A stretch of DNA of 63,609 bases, the filler included, from Folioceros fuciformis (Eukaryota): the NCBI GenBank assembly GCA_049999805.1. It is 4 parts of 3 records of this genome, joined end to end, with 100 filler letters (N's around TTAATTAATTAA, not from the genome) between each part and the next. Parts side by side here need not be neighbours in the genome. Positions count along the whole stretch, not along the records: positions 1 to 31,894 come from JBNGIO010006380.1; 3 more parts are not named here. One strand, written 5' to 3'. The notes below the pieces were generated by a model. That model saw nothing but the letters and a program-made list of their open reading frames with translations. It was not told the DNA's origin and made no database searches. How positions within the stretch are numbered: the stretch's first letter is position 1; every line of letters starts with the position of its first letter. Both the position numbers and the translations under genes were made by a program. Positions 11,457-23,000 of the stretch are shown here, piece after piece.

Positions 11457-14343
11457 TCATGCCACACTGTACTTTCGGACCACGATAACAGGCGGAGGAG
11501 CCGCTTGCACAATGATGAATGAATATGATTCGTCCGGCGACAGCACCTGTCCCCACTTGGGAAGAACCCAGTTCGAGCCCTTCCCGATCTTGGTCAATCC
11601 AAACAGCTCGCCCCGGTAGCCTTTGATTCTCAGAACCAGTTCCTTCACCGTCTTCTTCGACTTGTTGGTCACTGTTGCCACATACTTGTTGTAAACCTTG
11701 CCATCCACATGCCAGGTCGCATCCTTCTTCTGAGAGATGACAATTTTCAAGTTGGCTGACACAACGGTGAGAGAAACCTGTTAGATTTCGCTACCCACTA
11801 CTGCCAATGCCAGAACTGGACCAATAAGGAAGCTGCACTATTCTATACTACCACCGTTCCACCCAACCCATAACGTACCAGGTTTATAGTCATTCAGCGA
11901 TGACTTCTTCGGCTTGGGGGCTGGCTTTTTCTTCGGCATGGGAGCTCGCTTCTCCTTCGGCTNNNNNNNNNNNNNNNNNNNNNNNNNNNNNNNNNNNNNN
12001 NNNNNNNNNNNNNNNNNNNNNNNNNNNNNNNNNNNNNNNNNNNNNNNNNNNNNNNNNNNNNNGGGGGAATTGGTTTCTTCTTATGAGGAGTCGGAACAGG
12101 TGTTCTCTTCGGCTTCCGGGGAATGACTGGAGGCTTCACGTCAGCTGCACATCATCACGGTGCGTTACAATCTGACCACATTTCCTTAATCACATAGCCT
12201 CCATATTCCATAGCAGGAGCGAGTTCTTACCACTAGAACCGTAGGGAAGGCCAGCTAGTTTTGCTAACAACCCGACCAGAGGCCCGTTGTTGTACGTAGC
12301 GGGCTCAGTTTGCTCGTAGTTCGTTCTCTCATCCGCGAAGTTGTCATTCTCGTCAGGACCACCCACCAAGGCCCCAACAAGGGTATTGGGGTTGGGATCC
12401 GACCGGGAGTACCAGTTAGAATATCCATCCTTGCAACCAACTAAGGCCCTGTCTTGCTTGTAAGACACAATGGATGCTCCTCTGTGATGAACGTACTTGG
12501 CGTAGCTGTTCCCGAATCCGACCATATAGCTTGTAGACCTTGGGTTCTGGCCTAGGATGTAATCAGCCTGGAGCAATGCAGGAAAGTAATATACATTTAG
12601 TACACTGTCAAGTCAGGACATTTCCCACAACTTAGTCATCATGCACACCCACCTGAGACTTAGCAAGGCTAAAGAGTTGACCCTTTGAGAAAGACCCAGC
12701 AGGGCAATGAACTTGTCCAGTTGCAGGAAGGTAGTCGGAATAAACAGCCAGGAGAAAGGCTGCTGAAGACACATACTGCATATTGTTCCATTGTCTCACG
12801 TACAGTAGGCCGCCTACACAACATGCCGCGAAGAAACGTGGGTGACCAATTTCTTTTTGCTGCAGTCAGTCATTATAAGTCACTCTACGACACCCTACCA
12901 GGAGTTCGGTCGGTGTTGTCCCCGCCATAGTTGCCTTGAAGCTGAGCACAAATGAAATACTCGGCCTTCTGCTGGTATTCCTTAAAGGTATTCGCATAAT
13001 AACCACCTTTTCCTTCAAGCAAAATCTTCATACAACAAATACGCCTTAGGTCCCCACCCCTTCAATTCACTGCCAATATAGATTGAGAACGAACGATCGA
13101 ACGACTCAGCTCATTCATTGCTACCTTAGATACAAGGACCTGAACACCGGCATACTTCACATCCCAGCTAAACTCTTTCATTGACCAAGATGAGCCTCCA
13201 AGAGAACCGGCGTTGTCGGCCACGTACTTAATGTAAAATTCCTCACCTGTGGCCTTGTGCAACCAAACGGCAGCCCATAAGAGCTCATCCTGTAAAACCC
13301 ACAACGAAGTCAAGAAGAGTTTACGATCTAATTCCAAACGAAAGTAGAAACGCCACAGCTGTGTCAGATCTTACAGAATAGCCACTTCTAGATGCATAGA
13401 AGTTCCGGACAACGTTGATGCTGTAATCGTACTTTCCACGGTACGTGTCGGCGAAGGAAAACAGCTGCACAAATCAGCCACAAATTAGAGCACAAGGAGG
13501 CGAAAGTGAGGAAAAGGAGGAGGCGAAAATGGCAATAAACGTCTTGCTTAGAGGATCTCACCTGCTTTGCATGGGTAAGAAGAACGCGAGAATAGGATGG
13601 GTTAGCACGCCTGAAAACAATGGATGCAGCAGCTAGGGCCGCTGCTGTCTCCCCTGCGAGATCGGAACCGGGATTCTCGCTGTCGATTTTGTATGCGGTA
13701 CGTGGTGTGGTCATGTCCTCAGGTCGCATCCAGCACAAATGATCGCTTTCCCCATCACCCACCTAAAACAGCTCCACGATGAAGAGACCAGCCCAAAACA
13801 ACAGAAACTGACCTCATCACAACAGTGCACAATACCTCGCCATAGAGCACATTAGGCTCGGGATGGGCTTTGAGGAAGTAATCCGTCGCCCACTTAATAG
13901 CCTCCAAGGCATACCGCAGCTCCCCATGAGCTGCTAGCTGTGCTCTGTACTCAATCACACTCCAAGCCAACATGGTGGCTGTAAACGCCATCGGAAGCCC
14001 AAACTTCACATTGTCACCAGCATCGTAATATCCACCAGTGAGGTCAATCTGCAAATAACGTCATAACGATCAACGCACAGACAAAAGATGCGATAAAGTT
14101 GACAAGTACACCTGCTCAACACTGAATCTTGCGACTCACCCCCTGGGCTTTGCCATCCTGAAGTCCGGAATCAGCTCTCCAAGTGACTCGCTGGGCCGGC
14201 AGAGGGCCAGACCGCTGCGCTTCGTAGTAGAGGATGCTCTTGCTCAGCGCATCCTTGTAATCAGTGGCGCGGGCAACCGAACAGAGCGTTGCAACAACAA
14301 CAAGCGCGAGGCCGAGAGAGCAGCAAATCAACTTCCGCCCCAT
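11457..14343 (-). CDS. Glycoside hydrolase family 9 endoglucanase, class C (signal peptide, GH9 domain, Pro/Lys linker, CBM49); multi-exon, with an assembly gap in the linker
   Basis: Exon peptides [86 protein letters not shown]49-like last exon ([21 protein letters not shown]). Confidence 0.95.
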
Positions 14344-16329
14344 TGCTGGCGTGCCTGATTTCCAATGGAACGCCGCCTTGCGAGGAGGAGCTGGATTCCC
14401 TCTCCTACCGAAGCCGCGAACTCAAAACAGCCATGGAGTGGATACAACCACAACAAAGCCTTACTCCCTCAGATCCCTGCACAAGAAAACACAGAAAAAT
14501 AAGCCTCAAGAACCACTCCTCGCCCCACACAAAGCTGCGGGACACCCAGGAGAAGGAAGCACAAAAAAAAAAAATTCAGAGGGGCAGAACGCATGCAGAT
14601 CCACGCACTCTCAGCTCACCACAAAACTCGCACGCTACGCGTGCAGACCAGATAGAGACACCAGAAAGCCAACTGGATATAATTTCCAACACCGCAGCGA
14701 CGAGGCAAACACAAAGAATCCGCCAACAGCAGCGGAAATGTCAGATCTTGAGCCCAAGATCCACCGCCAGAGCAAAGAGAGAAGCAGACACGCGCGAGCA
14801 AAGCAAGCAACCACGGTCCGCCTCCCGAGCTACCATACCTGTAAAACAGAGGCGGGGCAGGGAACGTACCGGTGAGCTGCACAGCACGGCGTGCTGGCAA
14901 TGCTGCCCAAAAAAAAACTGGCTGGCAGCGAGCTGCCGGACGCAGCGGCAGCAATGCTGCACGACAGCGACTGCGCGTAGCAGAGAGAGAGCTGCAAAGC
15001 GAGGGAGCAGCACGGCCAGGAGCTGGGAGCAAGAAGGAGGAGCAGAAGCTGGCACACACGCACAGCGAGGCGAGGCGAGGGGAAGCGGAGTGGAGCTGGG
15101 AGCGCAAAACCCTTCGCCTCTGCACGGCGCAGGCCAGCAGAAGGTGGTGATACAGGGGGAGGAAACGCGCGCAGAGATATATGCCACCCCGAGGCGCGCC
15201 ATGCGACGTCTCGATACGACTCTAGACGAGCTCGCTTGATCGCGGACCACTTTCCCCGCCTCGGCGCGCATGCTGGGGTGGGAGACAGATCCGGAAGGAG
15301 GAAAGGTGTGCGGCCAGGGTATAGTTGCCCACGGTGGGGGTGTGCCGGCACGACCCGAGCCCGCGGGCCTAGCCCGGGCGCCTTCCTATTCCGTCCGGTT
15401 CCAGAATAAATCGAAGCATAATACCCAATTGAGGTTGAACAAAAGGGTGTCAGAGTGGGTCAAGGCGTTGTAGTCGGAACCACCGAGTCCCGTGTTCGAG
15501 GCATGGGACTGGCAGAATGCGCCAATGAGCGCGCGGGAGGGAGTAAACGGCCACGAGACATGTCAGTCACATGCCCGACGTTTCGAAGCGTTTCGAAGGA
15601 CGTAAAGCGCGGTGTGAGCGCGGCAGTTGGAAAGGACAAACGGGAAACGGCTGCGCCCGCCCTCGGTGGGCCCGCCCCTTCTTGAATGCTCCATTTCCTC
15701 GACGTGGGCCCCCTGCAGGGGCCCTATTAACCTGCCTCACTCGTACCCGCCAAATCAGCCGTAGTTGGGGCCTGGGCCTAGGCTGGGACGGGGCTCTGCC
15801 TCGTTTGCGTGCCCCAAGGCGCTCCCCCAAGCAGCTCCCCAAGCGGCAAAGAACGCGGCTCAGACTGACAGTCAGGCTCGCATGCAGCAGCCTGCAGCAG
15901 ACCCGGCCCGTGTAACGTCACTATCGGAAAATAATGCTAACCCCGAGGCGGGAAGGGTTGACATTGGATCTCCCCCCGCCAGGGTTCCACAGTTTCCACA
16001 CCGGACTCCATCATTCCAAGGGGGGGCTTGAGTGGAAGGAAGGAAAGCTATTTCTGGTCCAACCGCCAAAGGGGGACACATTCCAAAAGCCCCATCGTGT
16101 CCATCTCCCATGTTGCACAAGCTCGAGCTTGGCGTGGCACGTTTCCTTCCTTTGTCGACTTGTAGCTCGGCTGCTATGTACATACTAACTACTGTATCCA
16201 CATCCACAAAGGCAGGCCCATCAGCGTACCAAACAAAATAATCTTTATCCGAAGATGCAGACTTTACTGAACAGAGAAGATGATAAACCTATCTCCCCAT
16301 GGAAGGGAAGCAACCCAATCGAGGGCTGC

Positions 16330-16600
16330 ACCTCGAATAATCAACTTCTCCATTCCAATCCTCGAACAATTAACTTCTCCACTCCAATCCCTCAATTAAT
16401 CAAGTTCTTCACTCCACTCCAATCCCTCAATTAATCAAGTGCTTCACTCCACTCCAATCCCTCAATTAATCAAGTCCTTCACTCTAATCGCTCGACTAAT
16501 CAAGTTCTCATCTCTAATCCCTGAATAAACAAGTTCTCCTCTCCAATCCTTGAGTAAACAAGTTATGCACTTCAATCCCTCAACTTCTCTTGCACTCCAA
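16330..16600. repeat. Degenerate minisatellite, ~30-35-bp unit, ~8 copies
   Basis: Recurring 'ctccaatccctcaattaatcaagttct'-like units. Confidence 0.8.
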
Positions 16601-16619
16601 TTACAGTCGAGAATTAGGC

Positions 16620-16724
16620 TTTCACCTTTTGTATCAGGGCTGCTAGGCTTCACCTTTTGTATCAGGGNNNNNNNNNNGGGCTGCTAGGCTTCACCTTTTG
16701 TATCAGGGCTGCTAGGCTTCACCT
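16620..16724. repeat. 28-bp tandem repeat spanning a small gap
   Basis: 'ttcaccttttgtatcagggctgctaggc' repeated at least 3 times. Confidence 0.85.
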
Positions 16725-17286
16725 GATACCCCATGTGCATGATGTTTTTTCTTCTCTTGTTAAGAAGAGCCATGGCAGACATTTCGCTTGTACAAGAGTT
16801 GTTTTGCTGGTTGCTTTATTCCATTTTCATTAGATGACTTAAAGAACATTAACAGAGGTACAGGATAATGTGCTAAGTATGCCTGGGCGTAGGTTAAGGA
16901 CTTGGAGCCAAATTCATGAAGACCGAGACGAGGCCTTTACATGCATGAGAAAAGATGGAAAGGTGGCTCCAATAGCCGGGAAGTATAACGGACGCATTTT
17001 TAGCTGAAGTATGATTACCTTCACTAAAAGATACAGAAAGAAAACTTCCACACCAAGCTAGACAGCTTACGAGGTCCTGTGCACGCCCCGCTATGGCTCT
17101 GCCTGCATACAGAGAACTTTTAGGGTCGGAGGCCAAACTGAATGTGAATGGCCCTTCCGACAGGGTGCCCATAAGACAACATCTAAGACACAGCCAAAAA
17201 CTTTAGTGGGTTTCTTGGGCCACTACAACCTCAGATCGAACAATCTCAGTCCTACAACCTGTGAACTACCCTACAAATCGGTCGTA

Positions 17287-17378
17287 TGGCCAAGCGCATC
17301 AGATTGTCAGAGGTAAATGTTTTTTCCACACAGAAATTCAGGGTGTAGAATAAGATTCAAGTCATCATTTGCTGGCCA
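17287..17378 (-). ncRNA. Box C/D snoRNA with two rRNA guides (25S GGUGUAGAAUAAG; 18S AUUGUCAGAGGU)
   Basis: Minus strand: C box ATGATGA (17362-17368), D' CTGA (17338-17341), D CTGA (17299-17302), terminal stem tggcca/tggcca. Both antisense elements (13 and 12 nt) abut CTGA boxes and match rRNA sequences as I recall them. Confidence 0.85.
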
Positions 17379-17498
17379 CACTCCCAAGACTAGTCCTACG
17401 AGTAAGGAAGACCATTACCGACCTTTATCCTAATCGTTGACCTTCGGTGTCCTGGCTTAAATCAGGGGCTCGACCGAAGGCACTTCAAATGTGAGGAA

Positions 17499-17593
17499 GT
17501 CTTTCAGAATCCACGACGTTAGTCGAAGATCAGGAAGAGACACTCAGCATGGGTTGTCAGACCGCCCGTCTCTACAGTCCTCATCATTAAGAC
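17499..17593 (-). ncRNA. Box C/D snoRNA, U43/snR70-type guide (18S ACCGCCCGUC)
   Basis: C box ATGATGA (17581-17587); D' CTGA preceded by GACGGGCGGT, complementary to the conserved 18S CACACCGCCCGUC; D box CTGA (17504-17507); terminal stem gtctt/aagac. Confidence 0.85.
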
Positions 17594-17957
17594 AACCACA
17601 ACCATCTGTGGAACTAGACAGAGCACCGACATTAACAAGCAATACATTTGTGCAGGACCATTTGACACCAAGGCAAATGCGACACTTGGGTTGGTAAGAT
17701 CCGCTCCTATGTCCTTCTAGCATCCTTGTTTAACATCAGGACAACCGAGGAAAAACCCTAATGCTGGTAAGAATGCACCCTTACCTTATAGGGAAAGGGA
17801 CAAGGGGATGCCAAACAGAGCCAAGGACGTTTGAGTTTCAATCTAACTGAAGCTGCACAGAGAACTAGCAGCAACAAGGGTCAATCATGTGCGTCGACAA
17901 CACCCAGATGTCAAAACCAGCCACACAAGATTCTAGTTTCGACAGCAGAATGCAATA

Positions 17958-18046
17958 GCCACGGCTCAGGAAGTAGATTAACTCAGCACAGGAAGAAAAA
18001 TCCTCAGATGTCCAGACATAAAAATTACAATCATCACCACCGTGGC
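17958..18046 (-). ncRNA. Box C/D snoRNA, SNORD66-type guide (18S GUCCAGACAUA)
   Basis: C box GTGATGA (18031-18037); D' CTGA (18004-18007) preceded by TATGTCTGGAC; D box CTGA (17966-17969); perfect 7-bp terminal stem gccacgg/ccgtggc. Confidence 0.88.
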
Positions 18047-18337
18047 AGCAGTTCTCATACTTGTCGATCATCCACATCAAACAACCATGACAGCCGGGAG
18101 GCATCAAAAGTTTGCAACATGGACGATCATTCACACCGAACAACCATGACAATCGGGTATGGTTCCCGCCAAGAGCCTGTCTCAGAATGCAAAGTCTGGC
18201 CTGCTTCTCACTCCAGCAACACCGCTGCTCGCCCTTCACCACAGCCCTAGAAAGACTGTCACCGAATAGACGCGAGCGGCACACAGCAGCGAATCTGGAG
18301 ACTGTAGACTGCAGACGTAGGAGGCTGCGCTACCTAA

Positions 18338-18475
18338 CCAAACCCTAAATCCTCGACCCTTCACGAGGCGAGCCTACGAACCACGACTTTCGGCGCGAAG
18401 GCACATCTGGATGGCCCTTTCTGCAGCAAACTGTGAGGGGACGTCGCCTTTCTTATAGCTAAAAACTTAGGGCTT
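18338..18475 (-). promoter_or_regulatory. Putative promoter/5' region of the snoRNA host transcript (telo-box, TATA-like)
   Basis: AAACCCTAA telo-box at ~18340 and TATAAG on the minus strand at ~18452-18457, upstream of the snoRNAs. Telo-boxes are typical of plant ribosome-biogenesis and snoRNA promoters. Confidence 0.45.
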
Positions 18476-19059
18476 TATGACCTTATCAATGAAACCCTAC
18501 CGCTATGTGAGGGAAGGCCAGAGACGAGATGGCGCGGTTTCCGTGTAGAAAGTCTGACACTCCTGCCTGGGTACCGAAGGATGTCCAATGTGTCGCGAAG
18601 TTAGGAGCCATGGCACGCGAGGTCGTTCGAAATTGGCAACGAGGAGAGGAAGCTTGCAGGTGGCGCAAGTCCAGAGGCACATGCCTCTGGTCACAACTTG
18701 CGACCGGAAAAATTAAAAAGCGCCAACAGCGCAAGCACAGTGGGAACATCCCAATCCGCTTGGGAGAGAAGCGTGCTAACAGTACCCATCCACAAGAGCA
18801 TTTGAGTCTGTCTTTCATCCTGCCGACGTCTTTCACGACCGAAGGCATCAGTGCCGTGGGTGGCTGCCTGGCCAGTAAGGCGGGGAAAACAGTTCGTAAC
18901 GAGACCGTCAGGGAGGAACGACTCGTAACCAGACCATCGTGTGGGAATAGCTCAGAACCTGACGAACAGCTCGAAACCAGACAACCATGTGACGAATTCT
19001 GACCATAACCAAAGCATTAGTCGATGATTTCGGGCAGCTTCAATGACGATTGTTGTCGC

Positions 19060-19632
19060 CTAAGCTTCGGACCACCAGGAGACCAGCCCAAGACCGTCGG
19101 CGTTGATGTCCCCGGTGATCACCATTGGAGCAAACGGCTTGGCATCCTTGTCCTGCTCAAGAGGAAGAGGAGGATACTTGACTTGAGCAACACGAAACCG
19201 CACCGTCTCTTCAAGGTCCATGAACATCTTGGTATCGGAGTAATTCCAAAACCAAAGCTTTTCAGTTTCATCGTAGGCTGAAGGTTGCTGCAGATAGAAA
19301 TCAGGTACAAACACGTCGCTGAAGAAGTCCAGGGTCAGCTGAAGCCCTGTTTGGTCGCAGCTCTTGAGCTTCGCCGTCAGCACCTCTCCGACGAAAGGTC
19401 GGAACATCACCAACCTGAAGGTGATCGTAAAAGATGGAGCACCTTCAGATGGCAACACATATCCACCGACTATCGACTGCACATCGTAGATGGTCACGCA
19501 GAGCCCTAAATCCTTGACCACCTTGTCAACGTATCGAGCGTGAAGCAAATTCCACACCGCTTCCTCCAAAGGCAAGCTCAGATCCTGTGGAGGCAGATGC
19601 AGGTCTTCCTCCAGCAGAGCCAGCGAGAACAT
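19060..19632 (-). CDS. NRPC7: RNA polymerase III subunit RPC25/RPC8 (NRPC7), intronless, 190 aa
   Basis: DKVV.DLGLCVTIYD, FRLVMFRPFVGEVL, LWFWNY, KPFAPM.ITG.INADGLGLVSWW C-terminus typical of RPC25. ATG at 19632 (MFSLALLE). Confidence 0.93.
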   Translation of the reverse strand: MFSLALLEEDLHLPPQDLSLPLEEAVWNLLHARYVDKVVKDLGLCVTIYDVQSIVGGYVLPSEGAPSFTITFRLVMFRPFVGEVLTAKLKSCDQTGLQLTLDFFSDVFVPDFYLQQPSAYDETEKLWFWNYSDTKMFMDLEETVRFRVAQVKYPPLPLEQDKDAKPFAPMVITGDINADGLGLVSWWSEA

Positions 19633-19784
19633 CTTAAATTCAGTCTCCCGATTCCCCAGTGCATCCAGTCTCACTGTCTGATGACTCCACACATACATGT
19701 ACAGATGTATACAGAACGTGGAAAGGCCGTTCTGTAATACTGTATTTCAATTTGACGGAACGGGAAATAAATACCGTTTCAACG

Positions 19785-19792
19785 TTTCCCGC
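19785..19792 (+). promoter_or_regulatory. E2F binding site in the NRPC7/POLD1 divergent promoter
   Basis: Canonical TTTCCCGC ~240 bp upstream of the POLD1 ATG. Confidence 0.6.
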
Positions 19793-20031
19793 CAGTTTTT
19801 TTGTCAGCAACAAGCTACAACTCTCGTTCATGGAGGCGGGCATGACGGATTCTTGAGCTCAAGCTTGACAAATGATTCGGGCAAAGTGAGCTTGCTGATT
19901 GCGGGTCAAAAAATTTGCGGAAGTCCGGAAATTGGGAAGATCACGGTTTGTCTGTTGCTACCACGTGAGCACCAGTTCGGTGGGGAATGGAGGCGTGACA
20001 GAGATACATTGACAATTTGACTAGTCGCGAG

Positions 20032-23000
20032 ATGGAGAGCAAACGGCGGCCCCCTCCGACGGGCCCTCCTCTCAAGAGATTTCATGGGCCTACTAATGAA
20101 CCTCCAGATGTCGAGGACGAGGATGTTGATGAGGACGTGTTTTTTGACGAAACTCTGCTGGCGGAAGAGCTGCATCAGGTGGAGGCCGTGGAAGCCCGTC
20201 TCGCCAAATGGGACAGACCTTCAGTTCCACAGAGAAATCCTCAAGTCCACAGCTTAGGTCGGAATTGTTTGAGTGATGACCTGCTCACCTGCGTAGCGCC
20301 CTTGTCGCAGAGCTGGATATGCTGATTTAATCCGTGGATTTTGACCCGTTCATTTGCGTGGTCCTTTACCAGTGTTTCAGCAGCTGGAGATAGATTATGT
20401 GATAGACAGGACTGCGCAAGCAGAGCCCGCTGCAGTGCTTCGAATGTTTGGAGTAACCGAAGAAGGTGCGAGTCCCATGTGCCGACGTTTGATGCCATGT
20501 GCATTTCGATTGCATCACCCGAAGCATGATTTTGAGTTTTGGTTTCTGCAGGAAACAGTGTGTGTTGTCTTGTGCATGGGTTTCAACCATATTTCTACAT
20601 TAGCTGCACGGATGGGTTTGGCCCAGATGACATTCCCAACTTTCGTCGAACCCTGGAGGTAGAATGACGCCTGCGATTGATTCTCTGCTGAAATACAGTG
20701 AAATTGTTTTTACTTTGTGGATGTTTATGGGCTGTGTACGCTAGAGTCTGAAATTTGGGCTTGCAGGCGCGCATGGTCGAGGCCAACCGGAAGGGTGGCT
20801 TGAAGCAGTATGTAACAAGGATTGAAGTTGTACAGAAGAGAAGTCTTATGTACTTTCAGCACCAGAAGAGCAGGCCTTTTTTGAAAATTTTTGTTGCATT
20901 GCCTACCATGGTTGCAAGTTGCAGAGGTATTAGGCTTTTGTATGCGCTGTCCCGTCTTCATATTCTGCACTTTTGATGTTTTCTGATTATTATCTGAGAA
21001 CTGCTCGGGGTGCATGCCTCTTGTGGGCTCACTTGTTCCCGTGGACGTAGCTTTGAAAAACTCCTCTGGCTTCTGCAGGAATTCTTGAGAAGGGCATACA
21101 AATTGATGGTCTCGGGCACAAGTCTTTCTTGACTTATGAAAGCAATGTCCTATTCGCTCTGCGGTTTATGATTGATTGTAATGTTGTCGGTGGAAACTGG
21201 ATTGAGCTTCCAGCTGGAAAATATCGCTCCACAGGAAAATCCATATCGTACTGCCAGATTGAAGTCTATGTGATGTATCCAATCAATTTGTTATCTTCAC
21301 TGGAAAAGCTTGGGTCATTTATGTTGTGATTCTGCCATCTACTTTGTTCTCCTCAACAAAGCACAGGTATAGTGACCTGATAAGTCATCCAGCCGTTGGG
21401 CAGTACTCCAAGATGGCACCTTTTCGCATCTTGAGTTTTGACATTGAGTGTGCTGGTCGGAAAGGGCACTTCCCTGAGCCTGATAAGGATCCTGTGATTC
21501 AGGTACCGGTCTGTCTCAACGTAAATTTTCTTTTGAGGAATTTTTTTTGCCTCGTGCACTATTTCAGATGCACTGCATATCTGACCTATGTGGATAATGT
21601 TCTGAATATCGTGCAGATTGCCAACCTGGTAACTGTTCAAGGACAGAATCAACCGATGGTGCGAAATGTCATGACCTTGAACTCTTGTGCCCCGATTGTG
21701 GGCTCAGATGTTATGCCATTTGAATCAGAGGCCGAAATTCTATTGGCTTGGAGGGTATGTGAAGAGAGTTGTGAGCTTATTATGAATTCTGTTTGTGTTT
21801 CAATTTCGTTTAAATCAGCATTGTTGAAGTCTGTGAAATTTGTACCTTTTGCTTCAGGACCTTGTGCAAAAGGTGGATCCTGATCTCATCATAGGCTACA
21901 ATATCTGCAAGTTTGATCTCCCATATTTGGTTGAGGTAATTATTCACTACAACTTGTTGAAGCAGTTCAAATGCTGTCAGTGCAGTCAGCGTCTATTGAG
22001 TGTTACAACTGGAGCCCTATTCCCATGTTTGTTGGTATGGCTGCGGATCTTTCCAGAGGGCTGAGACACTGAAGATTGGGGGCTTTCCCATTCTTGGTCG
22101 CATAAGAAATAGCAGGCTTCGCATGAGGGATGCCAAGTTCCAATCAAGGTACTGTTGCTTTGGTGTCCCAGTCAAAATCTGTGTACCTTTCCTCGTAGAG
22201 CCACAAATGTTGGGATGTGACTTCCGAACCTTAATGAGACCTTTGATATCTACGCAGGCAATATGGTACTAGAGAGAGTAAGGAATTGACTATAGAAGGT
22301 CGTGTGCAGTTTGATCTCCTACAGGTATTGAACCCCAACAGGCAAAGTTCAGCCGCAGTCTAAACTGCAATATCCTGCTCTTTTATTTGCACGTATGATA
22401 TTCGTGAATCGTTCTTGCATGTGCAGGCAATTCAAAGAGATTACAAGCTCAGCTCGTACTCTTTAAATTCTGTTTCAGCTCATTTTCTTGGAGAGCAGGT
22501 TTGTCGCCTCCTTCTGTTACTGTCTGCCTAATTGCAAGGTGAAGGTTGTGTCTTGTCTTGGCAGCAACTCTGTTATTGGCAGTTTAGTTTTGACCTAGCA
22601 ACCTGGTTGGCAGAAGGAGGATGTTCACCACTCAATCATCTCAGACTTGCAGAGTGGCAATTCCGAAACTCGCCGACGGCTTGCTGTGTACTGTCTGAAG
22701 GTTAGTGAACCACACCAGCAGTGGTCAGCTTGTCTCACTTAGATGTTTTCACTTGTAGGATCAGAGCTATGTATCCATGTTTCAGTCCCATGATTACGTT
22801 TTTCTCCAACATGATCTAGGATGCATACCTTCCTCAGCGTCTGCTGGACAAGCTAATGTATGTTTACAATTACATTGAAATGGCCCGAGTTACTGGAGTC
22901 CCTGTGTCCTTCCTCTTGGCACGAGGTCAAAGCATTAAGGTACTGTTGTGATCACTCCCTCCATGTTTAATGCGTCAGCTGTGTCATCACCGCTTCTGAA

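Noticed and set aside
14344..16260. Several overlapping 100-300-aa ORFs
   Set aside because: Low-complexity, GC-rich UTR/promoter region of GH9C; no protein-like signal.
16330..16724. CRISPR-like appearance of short repeats
   Set aside because: Head-to-tail degenerate units with no unique spacers, in a eukaryotic context with no cas genes.
17395..17830. Possible H/ACA snoRNAs in the spacer hairpins (~17440-17480 and ~17710-17770)
   Set aside because: Hairpins are present, but I could not place both H and ACA boxes correctly.
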